Sequence record: MH460460.1
DNA length: 64,000 bases
Direction: 5' to 3' (one strand)
In this document: in pieces, positions 46,192 to 56,040 of the stretch
How positions within the stretch are numbered: the stretch's first letter is position 1
Layout: every line of letters begins with the position of its first letter
Notes under the pieces: model-generated
Database searches by the model: none
The model's input: only the letters and a program-made list of their open reading frames with translations
What the model was told of the DNA's origin: nothing
Translations under genes and position numbers: made by a program

Positions 46192-47346
46192 ATCCGTGCC
46201 GAATTTCACATCAAGAAATTCCATCCTATCGTATTGAACAGTAACACCGTAAACCAACGGAGATATACGAACGAACGAAATTCCTCGAATAGTCAGATCG
46301 TGACGCACACCGCCAATAACTTTCCGTATGGCGATATCTTTGGCTTTACCGACAGTCAATGAATTCTCATGCAGTTTAAAAGAGTCTTTCACATAGAACC
46401 GACCGAGATCTCTTTTAAAACTTAGGTCATTATCGAACTTTAGTTTTTGCGTGTAGCCATTCAACGCACTAACAATCAGACTGCGCGGAACATCAGTGAA
46501 CTTTTGATCTGCGCGAATCTGCGTGGCAAGTTTGCCACTGATTTTATCTATGCGTTTCGGCGCACGATTGCCGAGGGATTTGAGATAGTCGCGACAAGCG
46601 ATTAAGGTTCCGTGAAATGCTGCACAATATCTTTCTAAGATAATAGCTTGTTCCGCGTTACACTCTATCTCAACGCAAAAATCGCCTTCCTGCACGGTTG
46701 CAGCATGGCGAGATTTTTCGTTACCCTTTTTCCTGCGTCTTTCGATCATGATCTTGATGTATGCCGACCACGCATAAGATAGCGTAAGCATAACAGGATC
46801 ATCTTCTTCGATTTTGAAATGTTCAATGAACAGAGGAATACTCATGCCAATGAAAATTTCTTTCTCGATGACTGCGTTTCGAAACTCACGCAAATCGTCA
46901 TATCCGTATTTGACGATTTTGTACTTCTTCCTTTCATCCTCAGAAATAGAATCTTTTTGAGGATTGTTATGATACATATCTGCCACTTGAGGCCACGAAT
47001 TAATTTCGTCAACGTTGACCTGCTTAACGATTTCGCGGGCTTCGGCAATTGTGATATCAGGCCAAGTGCGATAACTATTTGTTACGGTGTCGCGATGAAA
47101 AAATTCATACAGCGCCGCAAGTTCATAGATCTCAAGAGGCTTCTCAACTTTTTCGGACTTAGGTTGTTTAGCTTTCGGCTTCGGTTTTGGCTTCTTCGCT
47201 GCAAGAACAGGAGAAACTTTATCCGGCTTTGCTTTGACCTTTTTACTGCGAGTCGAAGCAGGCAGGACTTCTAGCAACTCCTTTTCAAGATCCTCCAACG
47301 CTTTCGTCCGTGCTGTTTTCTTCGGCACGATTAAAATCTCCAACAC
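46189..47346 (-). CDS. Hypothetical protein
   Basis: 385-aa ORF; AATCTGTAAA 19 nt upstream. Confidence 0.65.
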   Translation of the reverse strand: MLEILIVPKKTARTKALEDLEKELLEVLPASTRSKKVKAKPDKVSPVLAAKKPKPKPKAKQPKSEKVEKPLEIYELAALYEFFHRDTVTNSYRTWPDITIAEAREIVKQVNVDEINSWPQVADMYHNNPQKDSISEDERKKYKIVKYGYDDLREFRNAVIEKEIFIGMSIPLFIEHFKIEEDDPVMLTLSYAWSAYIKIMIERRRKKGNEKSRHAATVQEGDFCVEIECNAEQAIILERYCAAFHGTLIACRDYLKSLGNRAPKRIDKISGKLATQIRADQKFTDVPRSLIVSALNGYTQKLKFDNDLSFKRDLGRFYVKDSFKLHENSLTVGKAKDIAIRKVIGGVRHDLTIRGISFVRISPLVYGVTVQYDRMEFLDVKFGTD

Positions 47347-47365
47347 TCTGGTTTACTCTGAATAT

Positions 47366-49003
47366 TTACAGATTTGTCACCAATTGTTTGGCAGAAGAGT
47401 CGAAAGGTTTTTTCACAAACTTAATTCTATCGCTCCGCAATCTTGCGCTGGAAAGTAACGCGCCGTCATGCTCGAATGAATAAACGTGCTTAACACGATT
47501 TTCTTCAATCGCAGAGAACAGAAGATCAGTTTCGATTCCAGTGATCATATGGCTTAAAATTCTCTTCCGTATTTCAGAAGTTATTTCGCCAGACCAACTA
47601 TATCGTGCGCCCACTGCATTTGTGAGAACAAAACCGTCACCACTTTTTCTTGCGCTTTTAATATACGCTTCACACAACGCTTCAAGACTGACAACGATTG
47701 AATGTGTTTCGCGCTCCCAGCGTTCACGAATTCTTTCACACTCCGACGAAATAAGTTTTTCTGTCAAGTGTTCCAGATCTTCGAAACGGACTTTACCTGC
47801 GCGACTTAATCGCCTTAACGCTCGCGAACGACATTCCTTTCGAACACTTGCGCGAATAGATTTCATCGCTTGAGAATCAGCAATAGCAGAACGGCGCATT
47901 GTTCCACCTATACTGAACATCATACCATAAAAACAAATCTTTGTGATTTCTTTAGGTAGATTAAACTGATTAGCGAAATCTGAAATCGAATTTGTTTCAT
48001 TAAGCATTCGGCAGTGAATTTTATGGCGCTGCAACTCCATTTTTAAAATGTTGAGTTGGCTGCTTTGCATATCGACGTTATGACCTACGCAATACGCACG
48101 TTGCTTCAAAGCGCGAGGCAAGTTTTGAAAACCGCCGGACTCTTCGAATAAACGACCACCTAAACCACTGGCACGATATGTCGGATAATATTTGATGATC
48201 AAACGCGAACGTTCAACCAAAATAAAATCCTGCGACAAAAACGATAACAAATTGCTTTGCAGTAAAATAACCCGCGCTCTAATCGATTTCCGTGTATAGT
48301 GACTGTACTTTGCAATTTCGTCAACGACTGGTCGCAAAGAAATAGTGTTTGGACTAAGTTTCGATAGCACATCACGATAACGCTTTATTGCGGTACGCGA
48401 GGTATTGCGATCAAATGATCTTAAATCGTGTTTAGGTGGAGTTAAAGTTTCTTTCCCACGTTGAACACAAATTTTCTCAATCGTTTTTCCAAACAAATCG
48501 CCCTTTGTGAAGTGCGGAGTACAATAACGAATTTTGGTAAGAATATCCTGCGCGGATCTAGGCCGCACCGGGTACATCTTTTCAAATATCTCTTCCTTGA
48601 GTTTAAAACGTCTGCACTGACCATCGCTACCAAAGAAATATGGCGAGGCAATGAAAACATTTTCAATTAACCAATCTAATGCGCGAGAAAAACCTTTCCC
48701 TTTTTTAGCATACGTTCCCTTTGCGCTATAATCCCCGCTTGCGCCAAAAACATGAGGCAATTCCTTTCGACCTAATATTGTTGGAACAGGGATAAAAGGC
48801 ATTTCATTGTTATCGCGAAACGTAGCGCTATACAACGAACAATGAACGATATGCCAAAAGAATATTGATATCTGCTTTCGAAACTCTAACTCCTTATGTT
48901 CTGGCCCGTCATACGGACAAGCTAAAATGACATGTTGATTGACCCAAAATACAGTGTCATATTCCTGTAGCATGGGATTTTTGACTAGAAATGCGGTTTG
49001 CAT
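47366..49003 (-). CDS. Divergent PolA-superfamily (TV-Pol-like) polymerase lacking an exonuclease domain (start revised to ATG 49003)
   Basis: GGRLF...FQNLP, motif A VDMQSSQLNIL, motif B KICFYGMMF, motif C FEHDG; RBS GGAG before 49003 and promoter variant GATCTGTAAA at 49040-49049. Confidence 0.6.
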   Translation of the reverse strand: MQTAFLVKNPMLQEYDTVFWVNQHVILACPYDGPEHKELEFRKQISIFFWHIVHCSLYSATFRDNNEMPFIPVPTILGRKELPHVFGASGDYSAKGTYAKKGKGFSRALDWLIENVFIASPYFFGSDGQCRRFKLKEEIFEKMYPVRPRSAQDILTKIRYCTPHFTKGDLFGKTIEKICVQRGKETLTPPKHDLRSFDRNTSRTAIKRYRDVLSKLSPNTISLRPVVDEIAKYSHYTRKSIRARVILLQSNLLSFLSQDFILVERSRLIIKYYPTYRASGLGGRLFEESGGFQNLPRALKQRAYCVGHNVDMQSSQLNILKMELQRHKIHCRMLNETNSISDFANQFNLPKEITKICFYGMMFSIGGTMRRSAIADSQAMKSIRASVRKECRSRALRRLSRAGKVRFEDLEHLTEKLISSECERIRERWERETHSIVVSLEALCEAYIKSARKSGDGFVLTNAVGARYSWSGEITSEIRKRILSHMITGIETDLLFSAIEENRVKHVYSFEHDGALLSSARLRSDRIKFVKKPFDSSAKQLVTNL

Positions 49004-49463
49004 CCGACTTCTCCAGAAATTCCATCCTCGCCCTTCCAATTTACAGATCTTTTTCCCGAACCCCCGTCGATCCCCAAATTTTTTCTTCACCTTGAAAACT
49101 TACACAACAAACACATACACCCATACAGCATACAGAGCTACCCTAGCGCTAACAACGCAATAGGATATTCAATATAGATAACCGGGGCCCGGATATACAT
49201 GGTAGGAGCGTTAAGTGATCACTATTATAATATGCAGAAATTCATATACCCCACTCTAGGCACTATCTACTGCCTTAGAATGCGATTCTACTCGATCTGC
49301 CAAAAAAGTTTCGGAAGTTTCGAATTCCGGAAAGTGTGTAAAATTTTAGGTAGGTGTTCGTAAGTCATTGATATGTAACAGGAATATTTTTTGCATTGAA
49401 AAACAGAATGAGTAGATCACCATCAAAACTGCGTATAGACAGCGATCTACTCAATGGAATGCG

Positions 49464-50015
49464 TCACTTTCTGTTTTTCATGTTCAGGCGTTTCTGCAAT
49501 TTCTTGCCGATCTGCGTCATAATAGCGGCTACAGCGTCTCCGTCGTTGTTTCCAACGGCTTCTGCGAGTTTGTCGCCTGTTTCGCGGCTCAGTTCCGGCA
49601 TAATCATTTTCAACATTTTGCTGCGAGCATTCGCGCTTTTGGATCTTGAAACGCTAACTCCGGCATTCAAATTGAATTTGCGATCAACACTCTGCTGTGT
49701 AATCGCTTGGAGATCCCGTGCGAGTCCAGCGAACAATCTCTGAATAGGAGAAATTTCGCCGCCTTCCGGAATCTTATAGAGCGAACGCAGTTCCGCATCT
49801 TCTTTTTCACACGCAACTGCACGCACGCTGGTTTCGCGCACGTCAACGGCATCGGCCTGTTTAACGTGTGGAGTTTCGCGCAATACAATTGTTGAAGATC
49901 CTTCATTCGAATCATCTGCGATTGGTGCCTCGTTAGTTGTTTCTTTACGAGCTTCCCAACCGAGAGGAATATCTTGTGAAGGATCTGCGCTTCCGAAAAT
50001 GATTTCAGTTTGCAT
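49464..50015 (-). CDS. Hypothetical protein
   Basis: 183-aa ORF, RBS GAGG. Confidence 0.65.
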   Translation of the reverse strand: MQTEIIFGSADPSQDIPLGWEARKETTNEAPIADDSNEGSSTIVLRETPHVKQADAVDVRETSVRAVACEKEDAELRSLYKIPEGGEISPIQRLFAGLARDLQAITQQSVDRKFNLNAGVSVSRSKSANARSKMLKMIMPELSRETGDKLAEAVGNNDGDAVAAIMTQIGKKLQKRLNMKNRK

Positions 50016-50017
50016 GA

Positions 50018-51136
50018 TTACCTCAGTTCGTACCCTTTGTTAATGTTGTACTGCAATTCCTTTCGCTGTACCGGACGTGTTGTGACAACCCATTCCCACG
50101 ACTGATTTTTTGCCGTGCGTTTTTTCGGTGCCTCTGTTACTTTCAAAACATAACGCTTGAACGGCAGAACAAGAATATCTTCCGGCTCAATCATTCCACT
50201 TCGCGCCGGAAGAACTACAGTGATATTACCAACTGTCAGTTCCTGATCGTAGTTCAAAATGTTTTGTTCTTCGCTGATATTGCCATTAATGTCATCAACG
50301 CCCAAATCAAAAATCAAAAGGGCATGAGTGAACGCGTCAATATTTTTTACGCGAACCGTGATGTGCTGGCCTTTGTATTTGCTCAACAACGCCAGACTCA
50401 ATTCTGTTTCCGTTCCATTGATAACAGCGAAAAGTTTATTGCGTGGTTCCAACACTCTATCATTTACGCGAATGCTGTATTTCGCTGTTTTGAAATATTT
50501 CGGAATCAACGTATCGAAATCAACGTAACCAACTTTTCTTTCCAGACGGAAAGTTGTTGGCGCAGTTGATTGATCTTTCGTGTAGCCTGAGAGTTTTTGA
50601 ACGTGGTGATGCGTCATTACGTTATAGATATATCCGGTCGCTTGAAAGCCCGGTTGAAAACCTTGACGATAACAAATGCCACAATTCACTACGTTGCCTG
50701 CATTCCAGCGATCATCCGTATCGCCTCCATCGCTCAACATATCCGCTGCATCAATAACAGCGTGCGCATTTCCAACATCAAACATATCGTCTAATGCAAT
50801 CGCGCCTTTCCCTTTCCCGCCGAACATTGTGTTGCCCATCGGCTTGATATCAATTCCGTTTCCGCGTGCCTCTCCATCGCTTTCACCCATCACGCTTTTC
50901 AAACCGCCTTCGAGAAAATCGTCGGCATCATTTTCTACTTTGTTGCAACTGCACACCAAACCAAACTTAGCCTTTTTGAAAATGATCACTTTGGTGCTGT
51001 CTACCGACAACGCCTGCTCAACTTTCGATTGGACAACTTCAATGACACTATCCAATCTTTTTTGAACGCGCTCATGCTCATAAGTTTTATGTCGTTTGTA
51101 TGTGTTTCGAGTTTTACCTCCGGTCAACCAACTCAT
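50018..51136 (-). CDS. Putative virion structural (neck/head-completion-like) protein
   Basis: 372 aa with CSC and CGIC motifs and a beta-rich C-terminus; role is inference. Confidence 0.45.
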   Translation of the reverse strand: MSWLTGGKTRNTYKRHKTYEHERVQKRLDSVIEVVQSKVEQALSVDSTKVIIFKKAKFGLVCSCNKVENDADDFLEGGLKSVMGESDGEARGNGIDIKPMGNTMFGGKGKGAIALDDMFDVGNAHAVIDAADMLSDGGDTDDRWNAGNVVNCGICYRQGFQPGFQATGYIYNVMTHHHVQKLSGYTKDQSTAPTTFRLERKVGYVDFDTLIPKYFKTAKYSIRVNDRVLEPRNKLFAVINGTETELSLALLSKYKGQHITVRVKNIDAFTHALLIFDLGVDDINGNISEEQNILNYDQELTVGNITVVLPARSGMIEPEDILVLPFKRYVLKVTEAPKKRTAKNQSWEWVVTTRPVQRKELQYNINKGYELR

Positions 51137-51279
51137 AAAATTTCTCCGGTTAGTTTTACTCTAATAGCACGCTATAGACACACTCTATCTCCAACAAGGC
51201 AAAATTACTGATAATACTTTTATTCTACCTTTTGCGATACGAATGATTATTTATATAGACAAAATAAAAGGAGTTTCAT

Positions 51280-51828
51280 ATGCGCATTTTATCGGGCGAT
51301 CCCGGTAAAGTGAACTTTGCGCTTACTGTTCTCGATGTGCAAGGCAAGAGACTTGATATCATGGGAACCAGAATGTTTGGTAGCCCGATTCAGAATCTTA
51401 CTGGTGATCTTGGAAACGTGACGAAAAAGTTCATTGATGAGATCGCAAAAATTGATAAGCAATATGGCCCGTTCGACGCAATGTGTTTTGAACGGTTCCA
51501 GTCGCGAGGCTTGGGCGGTAATACCATTGAAGCAATCAGTATCATGATTGGTGTCATGGCGTTTTACTGCCACAAGAAAAAAATTCCCTTCTTTGCAATC
51601 ACTGCATCGCAATGGAAAAATGCGTTTAACCGCCACGCCGATCTCAAAGGATTGTATAAGGAATTTAATCTTACTTCCAAAAAGAGTAAGAAAGCGATTC
51701 ACGAATTCGATTCAATGTTGATTGGCATTTATACGTTCTATAAACTCAATGAACTCACACCCTTTGCCGGAATTCAGAAGATGATCTATCCAATAATTGA
51801 TCGCTTCCTCAATTCCCCCAAACTATAA
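51280..51828 (+). CDS. ruvC: RuvC-like Holliday junction resolvase
   Basis: ILSGDPG, CFERF, HEFDSMLIG acidic catalytic positions. Confidence 0.85.
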   Translation: MRILSGDPGKVNFALTVLDVQGKRLDIMGTRMFGSPIQNLTGDLGNVTKKFIDEIAKIDKQYGPFDAMCFERFQSRGLGGNTIEAISIMIGVMAFYCHKKKIPFFAITASQWKNAFNRHADLKGLYKEFNLTSKKSKKAIHEFDSMLIGIYTFYKLNELTPFAGIQKMIYPIIDRFLNSPKL

Positions 51829-51840
51829 GCGAGAGAAAAA

Positions 51841-52536
51841 ATGACTGACCTTTCTACAAATCCACTTCAAAGCAACATTCTGATCGAGGCTTTGCTTGAA
51901 GCACTTTTCAACGCAAAACTTTCCCACACGCATATCGGAAGTTTGCCGAAAACTGCCGAAGGAAAACAACTCGAAGAATTCCAATTCTGTTCTATGTGGG
52001 TAACATACAACAAACTCGTTAAAGACATTCATGAAAATGTTGGCAAACAAGTTTGGCCTATTGTTAATCCTAGTACCGGATGCCGACTCTGCATTCGCGA
52101 AATCAGCACTCAGGAAGTGGACGGTAAACATTTCACGTCATTTATTTTTGCTGTTGATCCTTTGGGCTATGACGCAAATGCCACTCCCGATCCGGTATTA
52201 AAAGAGCAAGTTAGAAAACTGTTTGACTCTATCGAAGAGAAAACTTTTTCTCCGGATGCGGTGTTTGAAGCGCTGGTTGAAAATTTGGGTCTGTCTACTT
52301 TGCGTGTTCCGGAAGGTTCAACTCCAACTGATGCCGCAGGCGCTCCGCTGGATGTTGTTGAATTAAGTCTTCCGTGGTTTGGTCTTACTGAACTAATCAG
52401 GCAAATCAATATTAATTTGGAGAGTCTGACTAATGGCGTGCGAGAAGGAAAAGTTTATATTCTTTCTCTCAAAACAAGTTATGGATCTAAGACCGAACGT
52501 AGCATGACAACTGCAATTGTTGCGTGCGATCTTTGA
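51841..52536 (+). CDS. Hypothetical protein
   Basis: 231-aa ORF. Confidence 0.65.
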   Translation: MTDLSTNPLQSNILIEALLEALFNAKLSHTHIGSLPKTAEGKQLEEFQFCSMWVTYNKLVKDIHENVGKQVWPIVNPSTGCRLCIREISTQEVDGKHFTSFIFAVDPLGYDANATPDPVLKEQVRKLFDSIEEKTFSPDAVFEALVENLGLSTLRVPEGSTPTDAAGAPLDVVELSLPWFGLTELIRQININLESLTNGVREGKVYILSLKTSYGSKTERSMTTAIVACDL

Positions 52537-52597
52537 AAGTTTCGAAATCAAAGCTGTAAATAGATAGTAAGCAAAATCTGTATACAGGATTCGAAAA

Positions 52598-53215
52598 ATG
52601 GCAACTGTAGTAAAAGCGAAACGCAAAAAAGAAATCTCCGTAAAAGTTGATACGCGTCCGATCAATCTGTGTCCTGAACTTGAAGAGTCTGCAACGCCGT
52701 TCCGTTTTCGCGGTATGTGTCCGATGACTCGCTGCCAGTATTGCACGACTGCAACTGAAACAGGTTGCCTTGCTCTGGACAGAAAAGAAAGTTCAGATCG
52801 ACCGATCAGTAGCAAAGAGATCGCTTACTATAAGCGCGGTTTATTTCCGGAACTTGGTGAGTTTGATCAGAAGCAACTGGAAGCAACGGTGCGCAGATCG
52901 ATCACGCGTGTTCGTCTCACAATTTGTTTGAGCACGTACATTAACGCTTTGGATATTTCCTGCAAAGAAAGAGATTTCTCTTACAACGTTGGAACTGTTC
53001 CCTCGGTTGATTTCGTCCATGCTTTCTTAGAGCAAACATTTCCTGAATATCAGATCTGGATGCTTCAACATATGGGCGACGAACAGCGTTTCGCGGAGTT
53101 AAGTTCTTCGCTGGCACAAACAGAATATTCGCTTGGCGCTGCGTTGGGCTTAACGCCAAAGAAATTTAAAATTTTCTGTTTCGCCTTAAACTCTCTTCTG
53201 GAGAAAAATAAATGA
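52598..53215 (+). CDS. Hypothetical Cys-containing protein
   Basis: CPMTRCQYC...C cluster; promoter-like motifs at 52551 and 52575. Confidence 0.65.
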   Translation: MATVVKAKRKKEISVKVDTRPINLCPELEESATPFRFRGMCPMTRCQYCTTATETGCLALDRKESSDRPISSKEIAYYKRGLFPELGEFDQKQLEATVRRSITRVRLTICLSTYINALDISCKERDFSYNVGTVPSVDFVHAFLEQTFPEYQIWMLQHMGDEQRFAELSSSLAQTEYSLGAALGLTPKKFKIFCFALNSLLEKNK

Positions 53216-55197
53216 GTACACTGACACTCGAACAGTTTGAACAGTTGCTTGAAACCAACGTTCTTACTGATCCGCCGATGTATGTGCGTAACACGTCTTT
53301 TCCAAAAGGGCAGGTTTCGTTTAACGTACTCGGAAGTGATTTCCGTATGCGTAACGTGATTATTCCGGTAAGCGGAAGCGCAATCGATCTTACGCAATAC
53401 GCGCCGCTGAAAAATCTTCTGGCAAGTGCTGAACTGCGTGAAGTTTTCGCGTCGCGTCATTTAGTTCTGGTTAATCAGGACGACATGCCTGAACCGAACA
53501 ATCAAAAATTCCCGGACTACACCAACGTAACAACTCCGGTTACGGAAGGTGATGCAAACATTGATGGCCTTGCTCCGGCAGGTACTCAGGTGCAAGCGGT
53601 TCATTCAGGAAACATCGCGGCAGTGTTTGCCGAAAGCAATAACACTTTCGAACTGCCTGTACCTAATATGGTTGCTGGCGATCAGATCGAAGTTTCTTTC
53701 ATCAAAGATAAATTCGAAACGAAGAAAGTTTCTGTTGTCGTTGCAGAAAAACCTGCGCAGCCTTATCCGCAGCCGACTGTTAATGAATACACGAATTTCG
53801 ATTCTGAAATTTCCGGAACCACAATTCAGGGCGCAACTGTTGTTCTGAAAAATGATGGCGCGGTTGTGGATACTCAAACTGTCGGTTCCGATGGAACATT
53901 TTCTCTGACTGTTCCGTATCCGCACGGTGTTCTGGAAGTGTCTTTCAGTGCTGATGGTTACACGCCTACTACTGTAACTCCTGCTCCGAAAGATCGCGAA
54001 GTGAATGTGACGGTGAACACTCCGAAATATTTGGATGAAGAGATCACCCTGAACATTAATCCTGCGCAGCCTGTTCCTGTTCACGTTGAAATTGAAATCG
54101 ACGGACAGGCGCTGATCACTGACACCATTCCGGAAAACGTTCAATCGTTTGATGTGATTTGTGGCCCGATTAAAGGTGATGTTAAAGTTACCGTTAAATC
54201 TACTGGCTACAAAGAAACTTCTTTCACACGCACGCCGACTAAAAATGCTTTCGGTGATGTGACAGTGAATGCTGTTCACGCAGAAGAGAGTGTAGTGGCT
54301 GGTAGTGTTGTGATGCGCAGCGCCGATGATGTGAAAGTCGAACTCGTAACGCTGGAGAAAACTTACAACGCTAACGTGAATGCTGATGGTACTTTCAGCA
54401 TTAATACAGATGCGTTGAATGCTGGCGATGCTTCTGTTCACTTCACCAGTAACTACTTCGATCCGAAAACTCAGGACTTCGATATTCTGGCGAAAGAAAT
54501 TTCTACAGCAACTGTCGATGAAGTTTACGCAGGCGATACGGTTATCACTGGTACAACTCTCGCAGGCGTTAAAGTTGTTTCCGGCACACACCAGACAACT
54601 GCTGGTACTGATGGCAAATTCAGTCTGACTGTTGATGCTCTGGAAGCCGGTAATTCCACTCTGGAATTCAGCAAAACGAATTACACAACAAAAACTGTTC
54701 CGTTTACGATTATGCCTCTGCGTATGCAGGCTACTCCAACGGCGCAAACAGTTTACGTTGGTGAAACCGATATTACTGGTACTGCTGAACCTGATGCGCA
54801 GATCTTTATCGACGGCAACAAAGTCGGTGATGTTGAACCGGATGGAAACTTTACTCTGTCTGGCCCTGCGATGAGCGCGGCTGAAACTCTGACGTTTAAG
54901 AAACTGCATTATCGCGATGAAACTCTTGTAGTTACTCCGCAAGCACTTTCTAACTTCACGAAACCTGCGCTGACAGTTACCGAAGGTGACACAACAATTT
55001 CTGGAACAACCACTGCTGGAACTCTGGTTACTTCCACAAGCGCAACTGATTCTGTAACTGCTAATGGTTCCGGCGCATTTACTCTGACGCTGAAATCTGC
55101 TGCTGTTGCGAATGATACAATCGAAATCGGTCTGGCAAAACGTGGTTATGCTAACGCAAGTTTCGACTATACTGTTGCGGCAAATCCGGCTCCTTAA
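53212..55197 (+). CDS. Ig-like (Big) repeat virion protein, Hoc-like decoration candidate
   Basis: About 7 T/V/G-rich repeats such as I.GTT.AG..V and A...G.F.LT...L.AG..; N-terminal domain shared with the next gene. Confidence 0.75.
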   Translation: MSTLTLEQFEQLLETNVLTDPPMYVRNTSFPKGQVSFNVLGSDFRMRNVIIPVSGSAIDLTQYAPLKNLLASAELREVFASRHLVLVNQDDMPEPNNQKFPDYTNVTTPVTEGDANIDGLAPAGTQVQAVHSGNIAAVFAESNNTFELPVPNMVAGDQIEVSFIKDKFETKKVSVVVAEKPAQPYPQPTVNEYTNFDSEISGTTIQGATVVLKNDGAVVDTQTVGSDGTFSLTVPYPHGVLEVSFSADGYTPTTVTPAPKDREVNVTVNTPKYLDEEITLNINPAQPVPVHVEIEIDGQALITDTIPENVQSFDVICGPIKGDVKVTVKSTGYKETSFTRTPTKNAFGDVTVNAVHAEESVVAGSVVMRSADDVKVELVTLEKTYNANVNADGTFSINTDALNAGDASVHFTSNYFDPKTQDFDILAKEISTATVDEVYAGDTVITGTTLAGVKVVSGTHQTTAGTDGKFSLTVDALEAGNSTLEFSKTNYTTKTVPFTIMPLRMQATPTAQTVYVGETDITGTAEPDAQIFIDGNKVGDVEPDGNFTLSGPAMSAAETLTFKKLHYRDETLVVTPQALSNFTKPALTVTEGDTTISGTTTAGTLVTSTSATDSVTANGSGAFTLTLKSAAVANDTIEIGLAKRGYANASFDYTVAANPAP

Positions 55198-55318
55198 TCC
55201 AATCTAATATTTTTCAGATCTCACTCTGAATATACTAATGTTAGCTTGTGTTTAAAAACCCTCGGCACACGGACGTGCGCCACTGAAAAAATCCTTTGCC
55301 TATATTGGAGTAACCCAA

Positions 55319-55996
55319 ATGAAAATCCGTCCCATCACTTTGACGCAGTTTAATCAGGAATACGGAAAAGATCCCGTCGCATCCCTGTATGTGTTGAACC
55401 GTTCTAATCCTAATGGTCAGATCGCTTTCAACTGCATTAACGAACTCAACGTCACTATTCCGGTACTGGTCCCCTCGACATTTATTCCTGTGGATCTTAC
55501 TACGATGGCACCGCTGGAAAACCTGCTGAAAAGTTCGGTCTTCCGTCAGATCCTCGCAAAAGGCCAACTGGTTATTGTTCGCAAAGAAGAAGCTGAACAG
55601 TATCTCGATTCGCCGCGTGCAAAATCTGAATACCAACGTATCAACAAAATCGTTGGTACTGTTGTTGAAAATGATCACTCCGAAGAGATCGAACTGGACA
55701 CCGGAAACGGCGGCGTGGAAACTCGTTCTAAAAAGAACAAGAAAAAAGCTCCGGGTTCCTCGAAATCTTCTGCTCATGAAGATTTCATTAGCGCTATGAT
55801 CGACCGCGCCAACGACAACGAAGAGACTGATGATGTTTTGCAGCGTGAATTCCTGACGCACCAAAACAACCTGACTCTGGCTGATCTGGAACGTATGCGC
55901 AAAGAAGTTAAGCGTGCGGCTCTGGTAGATTTGATTCTCGATGAACTCGAAGAACGTCGTGGTGAAGAGGAAGATGATGAGGAAGAAGAAGAGTAA
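55319..55996 (+). CDS. Acidic protein sharing the N-terminal domain of the Ig-repeat protein
   Basis: YV.N.S.P.GQ..FN ... DLT..APL.NLL.S shared; poly-Glu C-terminus. Confidence 0.7.
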   Translation: MKIRPITLTQFNQEYGKDPVASLYVLNRSNPNGQIAFNCINELNVTIPVLVPSTFIPVDLTTMAPLENLLKSSVFRQILAKGQLVIVRKEEAEQYLDSPRAKSEYQRINKIVGTVVENDHSEEIELDTGNGGVETRSKKNKKKAPGSSKSSAHEDFISAMIDRANDNEETDDVLQREFLTHQNNLTLADLERMRKEVKRAALVDLILDELEERRGEEEDDEEEEE

Positions 55997-56011
55997 TCTC
56001 TTCTGAAATGA

Positions 56012-56040
56012 TAAAGGGGGCTTTCGCCCCCTTATTTTTT
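56012..56040. terminator. Likely bidirectional terminator between convergent genes
   Basis: TAAAGGGGGC-TTTC-GCCCCCTTA with flanking A/T runs. Confidence 0.75.

Noticed and set aside
49004-49090. N-terminal 29-codon extension of the PolA-like ORF in the track
   Set aside because: It contains the promoter motif variant (49040-49049), and a good RBS precedes ATG 49003, so the extension is probably untranslated.
53605-54942. 445-aa minus-strand ORF
   Set aside because: Antisense to the Ig-repeat gene; long antisense frames are expected from its biased codon use; no motifs.
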